From NCBI RefSeq assembly GCF_009914755.1, contig NC_060936.1: a DNA stretch of 64,000 nt. One strand, written 5' to 3'. The stretch is from the human T2T-CHM13v2.0 reference genome, Homo sapiens. The position numbers and the translations under genes are program-made. A model generated the notes under the pieces. That model was not told where the DNA came from and did not search any database. It saw only the letters and a program-made list of their open reading frames with translations. Below are positions 42,762 through 55,015 of the stretch, one piece after another (the stretch's first letter is position 1; every line of letters starts with the position of its first letter).

Positions 42762-43565
42762 GAAAAACCCTACTGTGTTTATGGCTTTAGTGAATTGCTG
42801 AAGTTAATTTCCCAGCAACCTGTAGAACAAGTACAGAAGAAAAGTGGTGCTCCTCAGTTTTATGTTAACTTATTTTTTCTAAATCTCTCTAGTCTAATCC
42901 CTTTATTCTTAGTCATTAAAGAAATGGCCAAAAAAACTATCATGCACAATAATTTTAAAAAATGAAGCTAGCTTCCCAGGGCTTGAAAATGTCTTAGCTG
43001 TATTAAGTTCAATCAATTTGAACAACAAATCATCAGTACTTTTTTTAATCGTAGAGTGAATTAATTAGTATTTTCAGTTGTGCTTTTTTCAACAGAGTAA
43101 TTAGTCTTTCACATAGCATTCTCTTTGATGAAATGTTCTGGGGCTGGTGTCTGCTATAGAATCACCTCTGCCCTGAATTATGCTCTTTGTTCCACAAGTT
43201 TCAGGGTAGGCTGCACAGTGCCTTTGACTACTTCATTTATACAATATAAATTTATTCCTTGGCTTATTCTCAAGTGCATGCATTTATGACCTATAGAAAA
43301 TGCTATATTCCTTTCTTTGAAAGAATAATCAATATAGAAAATGTAGCCTCTGTCCGTAACACAACTAGAAAGACCCCTACTCCCCCCAGAAAGACTGTTT
43401 GGCTTCAGTTTCCTAAATCTTTAAGAAGAGCATCACAAATTAAACAAATATGTTCTAAAAGTTGAATTGTGGAAAATATTGTAGTAAATGACATCACTTC
43501 AGTTAGGTGGCTAGGTATGCATAAGCATTTTGGAAATTTTACTTAGCTTCAATGTTTCTGACTAC

Positions 43566-43727
43566 TAACAAAGATTCTTCCCTTAACCAAACTTTGATCA
43601 GGTTCTTCTGAGTTCTCATTGTAACTAGGACTTGGCTTTTGGGCTTCTGTGTTTGTCTCTCCATTGTCCAGTTTTAGCCAGAATCCTGCTAACTCAGTTT
43701 AACTGGAATTTCCCATCCTCGCTATCT
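43566..43727 (+). mobile_element. MER31-like ERV1 LTR, 5' third only
   Basis: acaaagattcttcccttaaccaaactttgatcagg...gttttagccagaatcctgctaactcagttta; cut off by L1. Confidence 0.75.
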
Positions 43728-46700
43728 AACTAAGCTTCATAAGCGAAGGAGACATAAAATCCTTTCCAGACAAGCAAACGTGGAGGGGTTTTGTCATCAT
43801 CAGGCCTGCCTTGCAAGACCTCCTGAAGGAAGCACTAAATATGGAAAGAAAAAACCAGTACCAGCCACCGCAAAAACACACCAAAATATAAAGACCAATG
43901 TCACTATGAAGAAACGGCATCAACTAGTGTGCAAAATAACCAGATAGCATCATGATGACAGGATCAAATTCACACATAATAATACTAACCTTAAATGTAA
44001 ATGGGCTAAATGCCCCAATTAAAAGATACAGACTGGCAAATTGGATAAACAGTCAAGACCCATTGGTGTGCAGTATTCAGGAGACCCATCTCACATGCAA
44101 AGACACACATAGGCTCAAAATAAAGGAATGGAGGAATATTTACTAAGCAAATGGAAAGCAAAAAAAAAAAAAAAGAACAAAAAAACAAAAAAAATCAGGG
44201 GTTGCAATCCTAGTCTCTGACAAAACAGACATTAAACCAACAAAGATCAAAAAAAGATAAAGAAAAGTATTACATAATGGTAAAGGGAACAATTAAACAA
44301 GAAGAACTATCTTAAATATATATGGATCCAATACAGGAGCACCCAGATTCATAAAACAAGTTCTTAGAGACCTACAAAGAGATTTAGACTCCTACACAAT
44401 AATAATGGGAGACATTAACACTCCACTCTCAATATCAGACAGATCGATGAGACAGAAAATTAACAAGGATATTCAGGACTTGAACTCAGCTCTGGATCAA
44501 GAGGACATCTACAGAACTCTCCACCCCAAATCAACAGAATATGTTCTTCTCAGTGCCACATGGCACTTATTCTAAAATTGACCACGTGATTTGAAGTAAA
44601 ACACTCAGCAAATGCAGAAGAACTGAAATCATAACAAACAGTCTCTCAGACCACAGTGCATTCAAATTAGAACTCAGGATTAAGAAACTCACTCAAAACC
44701 AAACAATTACATAGAAATTGAACAACCTGCTCCTGAATGACTCCTGGTAAATAACTAAATTAAGGCAGAAATCAGGAAGTTCTTTGAAACCAATGAAAAC
44801 AAAGAGACAATGTACCAGAATCTCTGGGACACAGCTAAAGCATTGTTAAGAGGGAAATTTATAGCACTGAATGCCCATATCAGAAAGCCAGAAAGATCTC
44901 AAATCATCGCCCTAACATCACAATTAAAAGCGATAGAAAAAAGCCAACTAATCCAAAAACTAGCAGAAGACAAGAAATATCTAAGATCAGAGCAGAATTA
45001 AAGGAGATAGAAACATGAAAAACCCTCCAAAAAATCAATGAATCCCAGAGATGGTTTTTTTAAAAACTTAACAAAATAGACCACTAGCTAGAAGAATAAA
45101 GAAGAAAAGAGAGAAGAATCAAACAGACACAATAAAATATGATAAAGGCAATATAACCACTCACCCCACAGTAATACAAACTACCATCAGAGAATACTAT
45201 AAACACCTCTACACAAATAAACTAGAAAATCTAGAAGAAATGGATAAATTCCTGGACATGTATACCCTCCCAATACTAAACCAGGAAGAAGTAAAAAACC
45301 TGAATAGACCAATAAGAAGTACTGAAATTGAACCAATAATTAACAGCCTACCAACCAAAAGAAGCCCAGGACCAGACAGATTCACAGCCGAATTCTACCA
45401 GAGGTACAAAGAGGAGCCAGTACCATTCCTTCTGAAACTATTCCAAACAACTGAAAAGGAGGGACTCCTCCCTAAATCATTTTATGAAGTGAGCATCATC
45501 CTTGTAACAAAACTTGGCAGAGACACAACCAAAAAAAAAGAAAACTTCAGGCCTATATCCCTGATGAACATCGATGTGAAAATCCTCAATAAAATACTGA
45601 CATACAGAATCCAGCAGCATGTCAACAAACTTATCCACTACAATCAAGTCAGCTGCATCTCTGGGATGCAAGGCTTGTTCAACATATGAAAATCAATAAA
45701 CATAATCCATCACATAAACAGAACCAAAGACAAAAACCACATGATTATCTCAATAGATTGAAAAAAAGTCCTTTGATAAAATTCAACAGCCCTTCATGTA
45801 AAATCTTAATAAACTAGGTGTTGATGGAAGATATCTCAAAATAACAAGAGCTAAGTATGACAAACCCACAGCCAATATCATATTAAATGGGCAAAAGCCG
45901 GAAGCATTCCCTTTGAAAACTGGCATAAGACAAGGATGCCCTCTCTCACCACTCCTATTCAACACAGTATTGGAAGTTCTGGCCAGGGCAATCAGGCAAG
46001 AGAAAGAAATAAAGCCTATTCAAATAGAAAGAGAGCAAGTCAAATTGTCTCTATTTGTAGACAATATGATTCTATATTTAGAAAACCCCACCATCTCAGC
46101 CCAAAAACTCTTTAAGCTGATAAGCAATTTCAGCAAAGTCTCAGGATACAAAATCAATGTGCACAAATCACAAGCATTCCTATACATCAACAGTAGGGAA
46201 GCAGAGAACCAAATCATGAATGAACTCCCAATCACAATTCCTACAAAGAGAATAAAATACATAGCAATACAGCTAACAAGGGATGTGATAGACCTCTTCA
46301 AGGGGAATTACAAATCACCACTCAAGGAAATGAGAGAGGACACAAACAAATGGAAAAACATTCCATCCTTATGGACAGGAAGAATCAGTATTGTGAAAAT
46401 GGCCATACTGCCCAAAGTAATTTATAGTTCCAATGCTATTCCCATCAAACTACCATTGACATTCTTCACAGAATCAGAAGAAACTACCTTAAATTTCATA
46501 TGGAATCAAAGGAGACCCCATATAGCCAAGACAATCCTAAGCAAAGAGAACAAAGCTGGAGAGCTGGAGTCATTATGCTACCTGACTTCAAACCATACTA
46601 CAAGGCTACAATAATCAAACAGCATGATACTGGTACCAAAACAGACATACAAACATGGAACAGAATAGAGACCTCAGAAATAACACCACACATCTACAAC

Positions 46701-47973
46701 CTTCTGATCTTCAACAAACCTGACAAAAAACAAACTATGGGGAAATAATCTCCTATTCAATTAATGGTACTGGGAAAACCGGCTAGCCATATGCAGAAAA
46801 CTGAAGCTGGACCCCTTCCTTAAACGTTATACAAAAATTAACTCAAGATGGTTTAAAGACTTAAATGTAAAACCCCAAACCATAAAAACCCTAGAAGAAA
46901 ACCTAGGCAATACTATTCAGGACATAGACATGGGCAAACACTTCATGATGAAAACACCAAAAGCAATTGCAACAAAAGCCAAAATTGACAAATGGGATCT
47001 AATTAAAGAGCTTCTGCACAGCAAAAGCAACCATCGTCAGAGTGAACAGGCAACCTACAGAATAGGAGAAGATTTTTGCAATATAACCTTCTGACAAAGG
47101 TCTAATATCCAGAATTTACAAGGCACTTAAACAAATTTACATGAAAGACACAAACAACCCCATCAAAAAGTAGGCAAATGATATGAACAGACACTTCTCA
47201 AATGAAGACATTTACGCAGCCAATAAACATATGAAAAGAAGCTCAATATCACTCATCATTAGAGAAATGTAAATCAAAACTACAATGAGATACCATCTCA
47301 TGCCAGTCAGAATGGTGATTTTTAAAAAGTCAAGAAACAACTGACGCTGGTGAGGTTGCAAAGAAATAGGAACGCTTTTACACTGTTAGTGGGAATGTAA
47401 ATAAGTTCAACCATTGTGGAAGACAGTATGGCAATTCCTCAAGTATCTAGAACCAGAAATACCATTTGACCCAGTAATCCCATTTCTGGGTATATACCTA
47501 ATGAACATAAATCATTCTGCTATAAAGACAATGCATATGTATGTTTATTGCAGCACTATGTATAATAGCAAAGTCATGGAACCAACCCAAATGCTCATCA
47601 GTGATAGACTGGATAAAGAGAATGTGGTAAATATACACCATGGAATACTATGCAGCCATAAAAAGGAATGAAATCATCTCCTTTGCAGGGACATAGATGA
47701 AGCTCGATGCCATTATCCTGAGCAAACTAACACAGGAACAGAAAACCAAACACCGCATGTTTTCACTCTTAAGTGGGAGTTGAACAGTGAGAATACATGG
47801 ACACAGAGAGGGGAACAACAAACACCAGGGACTGTTGGGAGGTGGGGGGCAAGGGGAGGGAACTTAGAGAACAGGTCAACAGGTGCAGCAAACCACCATG
47901 GTACGTGTACATGTATGTAACAAACCTGCTCATTCTGCAAATGTATCCCGGAACTTAAGTAAAATTAAAAAAA
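43728..47973 (+). mobile_element. 5'-truncated L1PA8 LINE-1 (end of ORF1, whole degenerate ORF2, 3'UTR)
   Basis: ORF2 start MTGSNSHI at about 43955, RT fragment 45913-46614, 3'UTR ggagggaacttagagaacaggtcaac; no TSD seen. Confidence 0.93.
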
Positions 47974-47979
47974 TATTCA

Positions 47980-49310
47980 CACTCTCCAGCAGAAGGAGGA
48001 AAAACTGAAAAGCAGACATAATGAGTAAGCTATTATTCTACATAAAAGAAAATAGGTGTTATGAATAAAATAAGAACAAGTAAAGAACATGTAGATAGGA
48101 TGTTCAATGAATGAAGCCTATGATTTAAAAGGGTTTACCTCACTGAATGGGGACAGATCAGCAAAGACTTAAAGGAAATGAGGAAGTGAGCGATGTGTAG
48201 ACAAACCACAGCCCATGCGGAAGAAACTTACCTGAGGCTGGTGTACACCTGGTCGTTATGAGGAACAATGGTGAGGCTAATTGTATGGCTAGCACAGAGT
48301 GAGTGTGGCTGAGAATGAGTGATGAGGTCTCAGGGGTCAGATCATGAAGTGCTCATAGGCTAGTTGTGGTAGATTGAAATTTCTCTTCAAGATATGAAGC
48401 ATATTTATACAAACCTTGACTCTAAGCTGGAAGTTTGGACTTGATTTTACAAATAGAATGTGGCATATGTGATGTTATCTGAGTGCCAAAGCCTAGGCTC
48501 AAGAGGCTTTGCTACTTTCATGTTTACACTCCTGAAAGAAGTTATGAGAAAAAAAAGTTATGAAGTTAAGAAGGCCATATAAAGAAGGCCATATAAAGAA
48601 GTTAAGAAGGGCTACAGATTATCCTACTGGAAAGCCCATGTAAGAAAGAACTGAGGCATCTGAGCCAACGACCCTAGAGAACTGCCATATGTATGAATAA
48701 AAGTATTCTGAAGTCATCAGTCCCAGGTGAATCCTAGACAAGTGACTCCTGGCAACCCATGGGGCCCTTGTGTGAGTCCAGAAGAAGACTAAACTCAGGT
48801 AAACCCAGCCCAAATTAAAGAATCATGAAGAAACATATGGTTGCTGTTTAAAGCCACTAAATTTTGGGGTGGTTTGTTGCACAGCAATAGCTAACAAGTA
48901 CTCCAGTGTCATAACTTTAGATTTTACTCTGAGTTTAATGGGGTGCATTTTACAGTTAGATTTAGGAAAATAGTGACACAATCTGACTTTGAGTTTGAAA
49001 CAGTTATTCTGACTACTGTGAGAATAACTGTGGAGGTCAGGCACAGCCATGGGGACTGTTGTGGATATTACTGCAGTAATCCAGGATAGAGATGGGAGTG
49101 AGTTGGACCAGAGTAAAGCAGAATGTTATTGCAGCAATCCAAGATGGAGAGGGTGGTGACTTGGACCAGAGTGGAGGAAGTGACAAATGGTTATACAATT
49201 TACATTCTGAAGGTAGACAAGATTTGTAAAGGATTGTATGTTGGGACTGAGGGAAAAGAGAAATCAAGGTTAACACAAAGATATTGGACTTCTCCAATAA
49301 AAAAATAGTG
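47980..49310 (-). mobile_element. L2 relic split by an MLT1 LTR
   Basis: L2 body motifs on both sides (gcaaagacttaaaggaaatgaggaagtgagc; gtgacacaatctgacttt; gcagcaatccaagatggagagggtggtgacttggaccag). Confidence 0.7.
48365..48900 (+). mobile_element. MLT1G/H-type solo LTR
   Basis: Starts tgtggtagattgaa; ends ggttgctgtttaaagccactaaattttggggtggtttgttgcacagcaatagctaac. Confidence 0.75.
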
Positions 49311-51214
49311 ATATTTTATAGAGAACATATTATGCTGCAAGTTATTTCAAAGGTGGAAAATACATGTGTGTATGTACACATATCTTCCTATATTGCATAA
49401 ATAAATAGTATAAGTATAAACAAAAAATACAAAATGGTTAAAAATGGTTATGTACAGGGAATGAAGGAGAATAGGGTAAATGAGGACAGGGAAGTGATCA
49501 AAATTTCTTAGGGCATATATTGCTTATCATCATGATTTTTGAATCTTCTACATGTAAAACTATTATAAAAATAAAACAAGAAGGAAAGTTAAGCAATTTT
49601 TTTCTTTTGAATGCCTATCATGTGGCAGGAACTATGCTAAAGTACTTTTATATGTAATCCATAGCCTCTCTGGCTTTCTCATTTTTAAATGGTGGTGATA
49701 CCGATATCTTGCAAAGCTGGCATATCTGATTGACAGATATTAGACATAACATATCTCAGAAAATGCCCAACACAGAGTAAGCAGTCAGTAATTGGTGGTT
49801 GCCATTACTATTGTTTAAGATCGTGGAACAAGTAAATGTTGGAATATAATTCAAACTAGATGTTTCTGGTGGTAAAGTCCCTGGTATTTCTCTCTATGCC
49901 ATGCTGTCTTTTATAAAAAGCAACATAACAGCTGATGTCTCTAATTTCACTATGCCAGGTGTGTGGGAGTGATGGAATACAGATATGTGGAAAGTCAGTC
50001 CCAGGAGGACCAAAAAAATCCTCAGAACAAATGTTTGGAGCAAACATGGAAGTGGTCTGGACCTGAGACTTGCGGGGAGATCAGTAATAAAGATATGGCA
50101 ATGAGTTAGAACTCAGCCAAGTGCTCACGTACTAGGTACACACAAACATTGAATTTAAGTAAAGGCAAAGAGTCTGATACCAATCAAGCCAGCAGACACT
50201 GGAGTCAGTGAAATTAAATCCTCCTTTTGTATCCACTGTAAGCCAAATTTTTGCCTTCTGCTGAAGCTGGAATCAATCCCCAGATATAGAAGTCCAGGGT
50301 CTGTTCATAAGTAACTTTCTGAAGAAGGGATATCGATGGAGCTAGAGTGCAGCTTAGGAGAAGAATCATCAGAGTTCCCAAGCACTTTTTTAAAGATTGG
50401 ATTTTACTAGGGGTCTTTGAGAAAGTGTCTTTCTCATTTATATTTTAGACAAATTGATAAATAAGACAAATGGCAGGTGGGAAACTGAAGCATAACCTTG
50501 GTAAAGGCCAAGTTGGAGCACATAGCTTACCCTGACACCCGGTGGCCTTTCTAATAGAGTATCTCATTTAACAGACTTCTCACCCAAGCCAACTCCACTA
50601 CCACCACCTCAGAGACAGGGCCTGGCCCCATGAAAAACAGAGCTTCTGTTTCCTGTGAGCATTTTGTTCCTTGTGAGCAGCTTGCACCCAAGAGGAAAAC
50701 AGCCACAGTTAACTAAGTATCCTGGTTTTTCTTCCCAAATTTACCACTCAAGTGAGTCACCCCAGCTCCTCAGGGTTGGTGGCCACAAACAGAAGCAAGA
50801 AGCATGCCCCAGGAAGCACAAGTGGAAGAGGCTCCACCAGCTAACAGATTTATTTAGTAGACCTTCTTGGGAGAGGCACACCTGGAGATTTCAGTTATCT
50901 TTGCTCAGTAGTCCTTCAAAAAGACATCTATTAGATCTCAGAGCTAAATATATCTGTTGATGATGAGGTCAAATTTCCAACAAAGAAACAATTTCTGAAG
51001 CACTGACAGGATGCTTGAGACAACTTGGCAGAACTAGATGCCATTTTTAGAAAAACAACTAAAACTACACCCATCTTTCTGTTAGGCAAACAAAGCTCTG
51101 GGCTTCCTCTCTCCAACATGGACAAGCAGGCAGCAAATACAAGCAGATACACATGGAATCAAGTCAGATATGGGGCATGGCAGTAACTGTCATAAAAGTA
51201 GGAGAAGTCAGATA

Positions 51215-51960
51215 TGTATCCAACAAATATATAGGAAGCACTTACCATGTGACAGGAACGATGTTGTGAATCATAAGACACTGCATTTGTCCTCTGGGAG
51301 CTTATAGTCTTATGAGAGATAAGGACAAGTAATCAGACAATTACTATAAAGTAGCATAAACATTATGAGAAACATGTGTAGGGTGCTTTGAAATTAGGAA
51401 GGGGGTACCATATCTAGTATTGGGGCTGTAGGAAAGGATTTCTAGAGGAGATTTTAAAGAACAAGTAGTTGTTTGTCAAGCCAGAGGGGCCAGAGGGGAG
51501 GTGGGACAGAGAAATACTAAGCAGAGGAGGCAACAAATGCAAGTCTGCAGTTCAGAGAGTATGGTGATTCCAGAGATGTAAACAGAGTTAAAAATGGATG
51601 AATAATGGAATACAGGATATACTGTGTGTGTGTGTGTGTGTGTGTGAGTGTGTGTGTATGTGTTGGGTGGATGGGTAGAAAAGTGGAGGATAATTAATAA
51701 ATAATAAATCTTGATATTTACATACTTGAATATGTTAAATATACTATTTAATATACAAATAATATGAATAAATTTATATTATTATGAATATATATTAAAT
51801 ATATTCAAATTTATAAATGTATCAAAGGACCAAGTCATAAAGAGAACTGTAAGCCATGTTTGGAATTAATTCCTAGAGCAAAGAGAGGGCAAATAAGCAG
51901 GTGCATGACAATGTATCTGTTATCACATCTGTGCTTTTAAAATGTCAGTGGCTGCAATGT
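51215..51960 (-). mobile_element. L2 relic with internal (TG)n (51623-51662) and AT-rich tract
   Basis: caacaaatat...gcacttaccatgtgacagg...gggagcttatagtc. Confidence 0.65.
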
Positions 51961-52389
51961 GGAGCATGTGAGAATGATGGCCTTGAAGTATGTGATCATC
52001 ACACTACCATCTTGTCTGTTTCCCTGCACTTGTTTGACTTGCTGCTGTGGTAACTGTATTATAGTTGGTGCTTACAAAAAGTAAGCCCTCCTGCCCGCTA
52101 ATATGTGCAATGGTGTCTCTGAGTTACAAAAGTCATTGCAATAATTTCTTTTCAACATGGAAGCAATAGACACTGGACTCCCAGAGGAGAGTCTCCAGCT
52201 TTTATAGACTTACTACCAGCCACCAGCTTCCCTGCCCTCACCCTCTTTATTTTGACATTGCACTTGGTCTCAGGTGTCAATTGAAATAAACTAATCCAGG
52301 ATAGGACCGACGTGACAGACACCATCCTGCCCTCAAAACCACATTTCATCTCTTAACCATGGCCCACTGTCCTTTCTTTGACCCACATA

Positions 52390-52640
52390 TGTGTGACTCA
52401 GTTCACTCTTCAGGTTTCAGCATAAATATCATTTCCCTAGGAAAGTATTTTCTGACCCCCTTCCCTAAACTAGCTTAGATCATCTTGTAATATGCTTCCA
52501 TAGTATTCCATAATTCTTTGAAATACTTACTTTACTTGCTCATTGTATATCTTCGCTGAGGGCAGAGGTCATAGCTTTCTAAGCCTAGCACTTTGCTACC
52601 TAGTTGGTACTCAATAAATATTTGTTTATTGCGTGAATGA
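52390..52640 (+). mobile_element. L2 3' end
   Basis: gagggcagagg...gcctagcac...tagttggtactcaataaatatttgtt...gaatgaa. Confidence 0.7.
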
Positions 52641-54369
52641 ACTCTGTGATCAGAGAGACGTGATACCTCATGTAACTAGATCTTTGTTTTTAACAAAACA
52701 AAAAGTCCTCCTGACATTCCAAGACATGCCTGAAATCCAGGGTGAACACATCATAAATTCAAAGCTTTTGCTGTGTGAGGCTTTGAAAGTGGACGGGAGA
52801 TCCATGTTCCATATCTCACAAAAGGCTTCCTTTCCAAAAGATCATATTACGATCAGGAAAGAAAGACAACAAATGTACAAGGACATAATATCAAAAAAGT
52901 TGAAATTTTTGTTTGCTTTTATGGGGTAAATGGAGAAATTTTCAGGTAAACCTGGAGAACCTGGGCAGATAAGAAATGAGATGAGGAAAGGTAAACTACA
53001 ATAAATGGCTCAATCAACTCCACAGGTATTGTCAAGGACCCAGCTGGGTGCTAGCCACTGGCAGAACTGGTGACTCACACCCTTCAGGAGGTCACAGTTT
53101 CTAACCTGTAGACCCATGGTCCTATTTTAAGAAAAGGCAGCTGCATTTACCTCTGCTGCTGCTGCTGCCAGTCTACCTGCTGGAACGAGAGGAGGATGTG
53201 TCTTTTTACCAAAGCAACAGAAATGCAGTGTTTCTTGTCTATTATATCTGCATACTGTTGTTTTCCTTACTAACTCCTTCAATAAATGTTTATTCAACAT
53301 TCACTGTGGGCCAATCTCTATGCTAAGTGAAATCAAGTAACAAGACATAGCTTCATTTCTATTTTTTGTCCTCTTTCTTTTTCAATGAAGAAAAAGTAAT
53401 GTCAATATAAATTCACATAAAAGAATAATATTCAATGTCCTGTGCTTTGCTTATCTTCTATTAATAGCTGTCTGCCAAGCTGGACTTATTGCTGAACCCC
53501 TCCTCTATGTAAGGCCTATTCCAGGCACTACAGAACAGAGAAGGAAATTTGTAAACCCTATCCTCCAGGAACTTACAACACAGTTGAAGAAAGAAGATAC
53601 AATCACTTAAGAAAGAATCCTTTATCCCTTTTCTTATTACTCATTCTCTAAATCTGATCTAAAAATATTCATTTTTTTCTCCAAGAAGCTGAGCAGGCAG
53701 TAACATCGAAGAAAATACTTTCCTTTAATATTCTGTTGTTCTTCCTTGGTTACAATTTTTATTTCATTGGGTTTTTAGCCCATACCAACCTAAATAGTCT
53801 CCTTCATTAATCCTCTCTGCCTCTTTCAACTCTCCTACATCATTGATGCTGGTTTTGCAAGCACACACACAAAAAAATTTCTAGCAAGCTGCCATCACTG
53901 AATCATACCAGTTCTGATCTTTTGAGAACAACTTGGATTTCACAAATGTTTGTTAATCATGGTTTCGATCGAAAGGGAAGAGCTTCCGGTTTTTATTTCT
54001 TGCAAGCTAACGTTTCCCACTCTCATCTGGCTGCAGACAGTTTCATAAACAAGACTTATTCATATTTATTATTTTGCTAAAATTAGCAGGATGTTCAGTC
54101 ATGGGTGTTACCAGAGTCTTAGGGAATTGCACTTTTCACTTTAAGGCAGGATGGCTTTGTGATGGATGGTTCCCTGGGCTCTTTCGACTGTGCTTTCTGC
54201 TGTTTCTTTCTCCAGCCCATTGCATGCTGCTGTTTATCTTGCAAAATGTCTGACAATTGAGAGCAGAGACAAAAGCACTTAGAGCTAGATGGAGCTGGGG
54301 AAAGAGAGAGAGAGGGAAAGAGAGAGAGAGTTCAAGTAGATCAACATGTTCCTTGAGATGCGATGAGCT

Positions 54370-55015
54370 GGTTCTAACTCATGTATCAGATACTGTGCCT
54401 AGATTACCTTATTTAGTCCTCATTATAGCTATATGAAATAGATGCATTTTACAGATAAGAAACTGAGGCTGGAGGAAGTGAAATACCGTGTTTTAAGTCT
54501 TGTGATTCCTAAGGAGCAGAGAGCCCTGTTTCAATACTGGGTGAGTCTGGAATGGCTCTCTGTCCTTTGCATTCTCCTACAAGATGCTGCGCCCCCTATT
54601 GAGCCCTTGCCACGGAGGACTGTCATTGTCTTTTTGTTCTTTCTCTCAGCTAATCTCTGAACTCATAAAAAATGTGGATTCTGTCTTTTCTCCATCCCAA
54701 GAATCTACCTCAATTCCTGGCACATTGTGAATGCTCACTAATATTGGTGGACAGGAAAAATGAATGAATACATCTGTATGCCCTGCCTACCTCAAAGATT
54801 GTAACCATCACATATAATAATATACAGGAGACATTTGTAATCCTGAAATACTACATAATGTAAAGGTTGATGTTGACATGGGTATCTCTTGTGTCTTTAT
54901 TACTAGATTGTATTTTTTGAAAAAAATACTGTATTCTACCAATATTTGTGTCTTCTACATTGACTAGCTGAAACTTAATAGTTGGAGATATTTAATAAAT
55001 ATGAATTGATTCAAT
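54370..55015. mobile_element. Cluster of MIR and L2 fragments
   Basis: cattttacagataagaaactgaggct (MIR, minus); cctggcacattgtgaatgctcactaaatatt (L2, plus). Confidence 0.6.

Noticed and set aside
45913-46614. 233-aa ORF (longest in the window) as a gene
   Set aside because: Fragment of L1PA8 ORF2 with the catalytic FADD changed to FVDN
49722-49740. Third TGATTGACAG decamer with short palindromic arms
   Set aside because: Isolated motif inside a MIR-like relic, no supporting cluster
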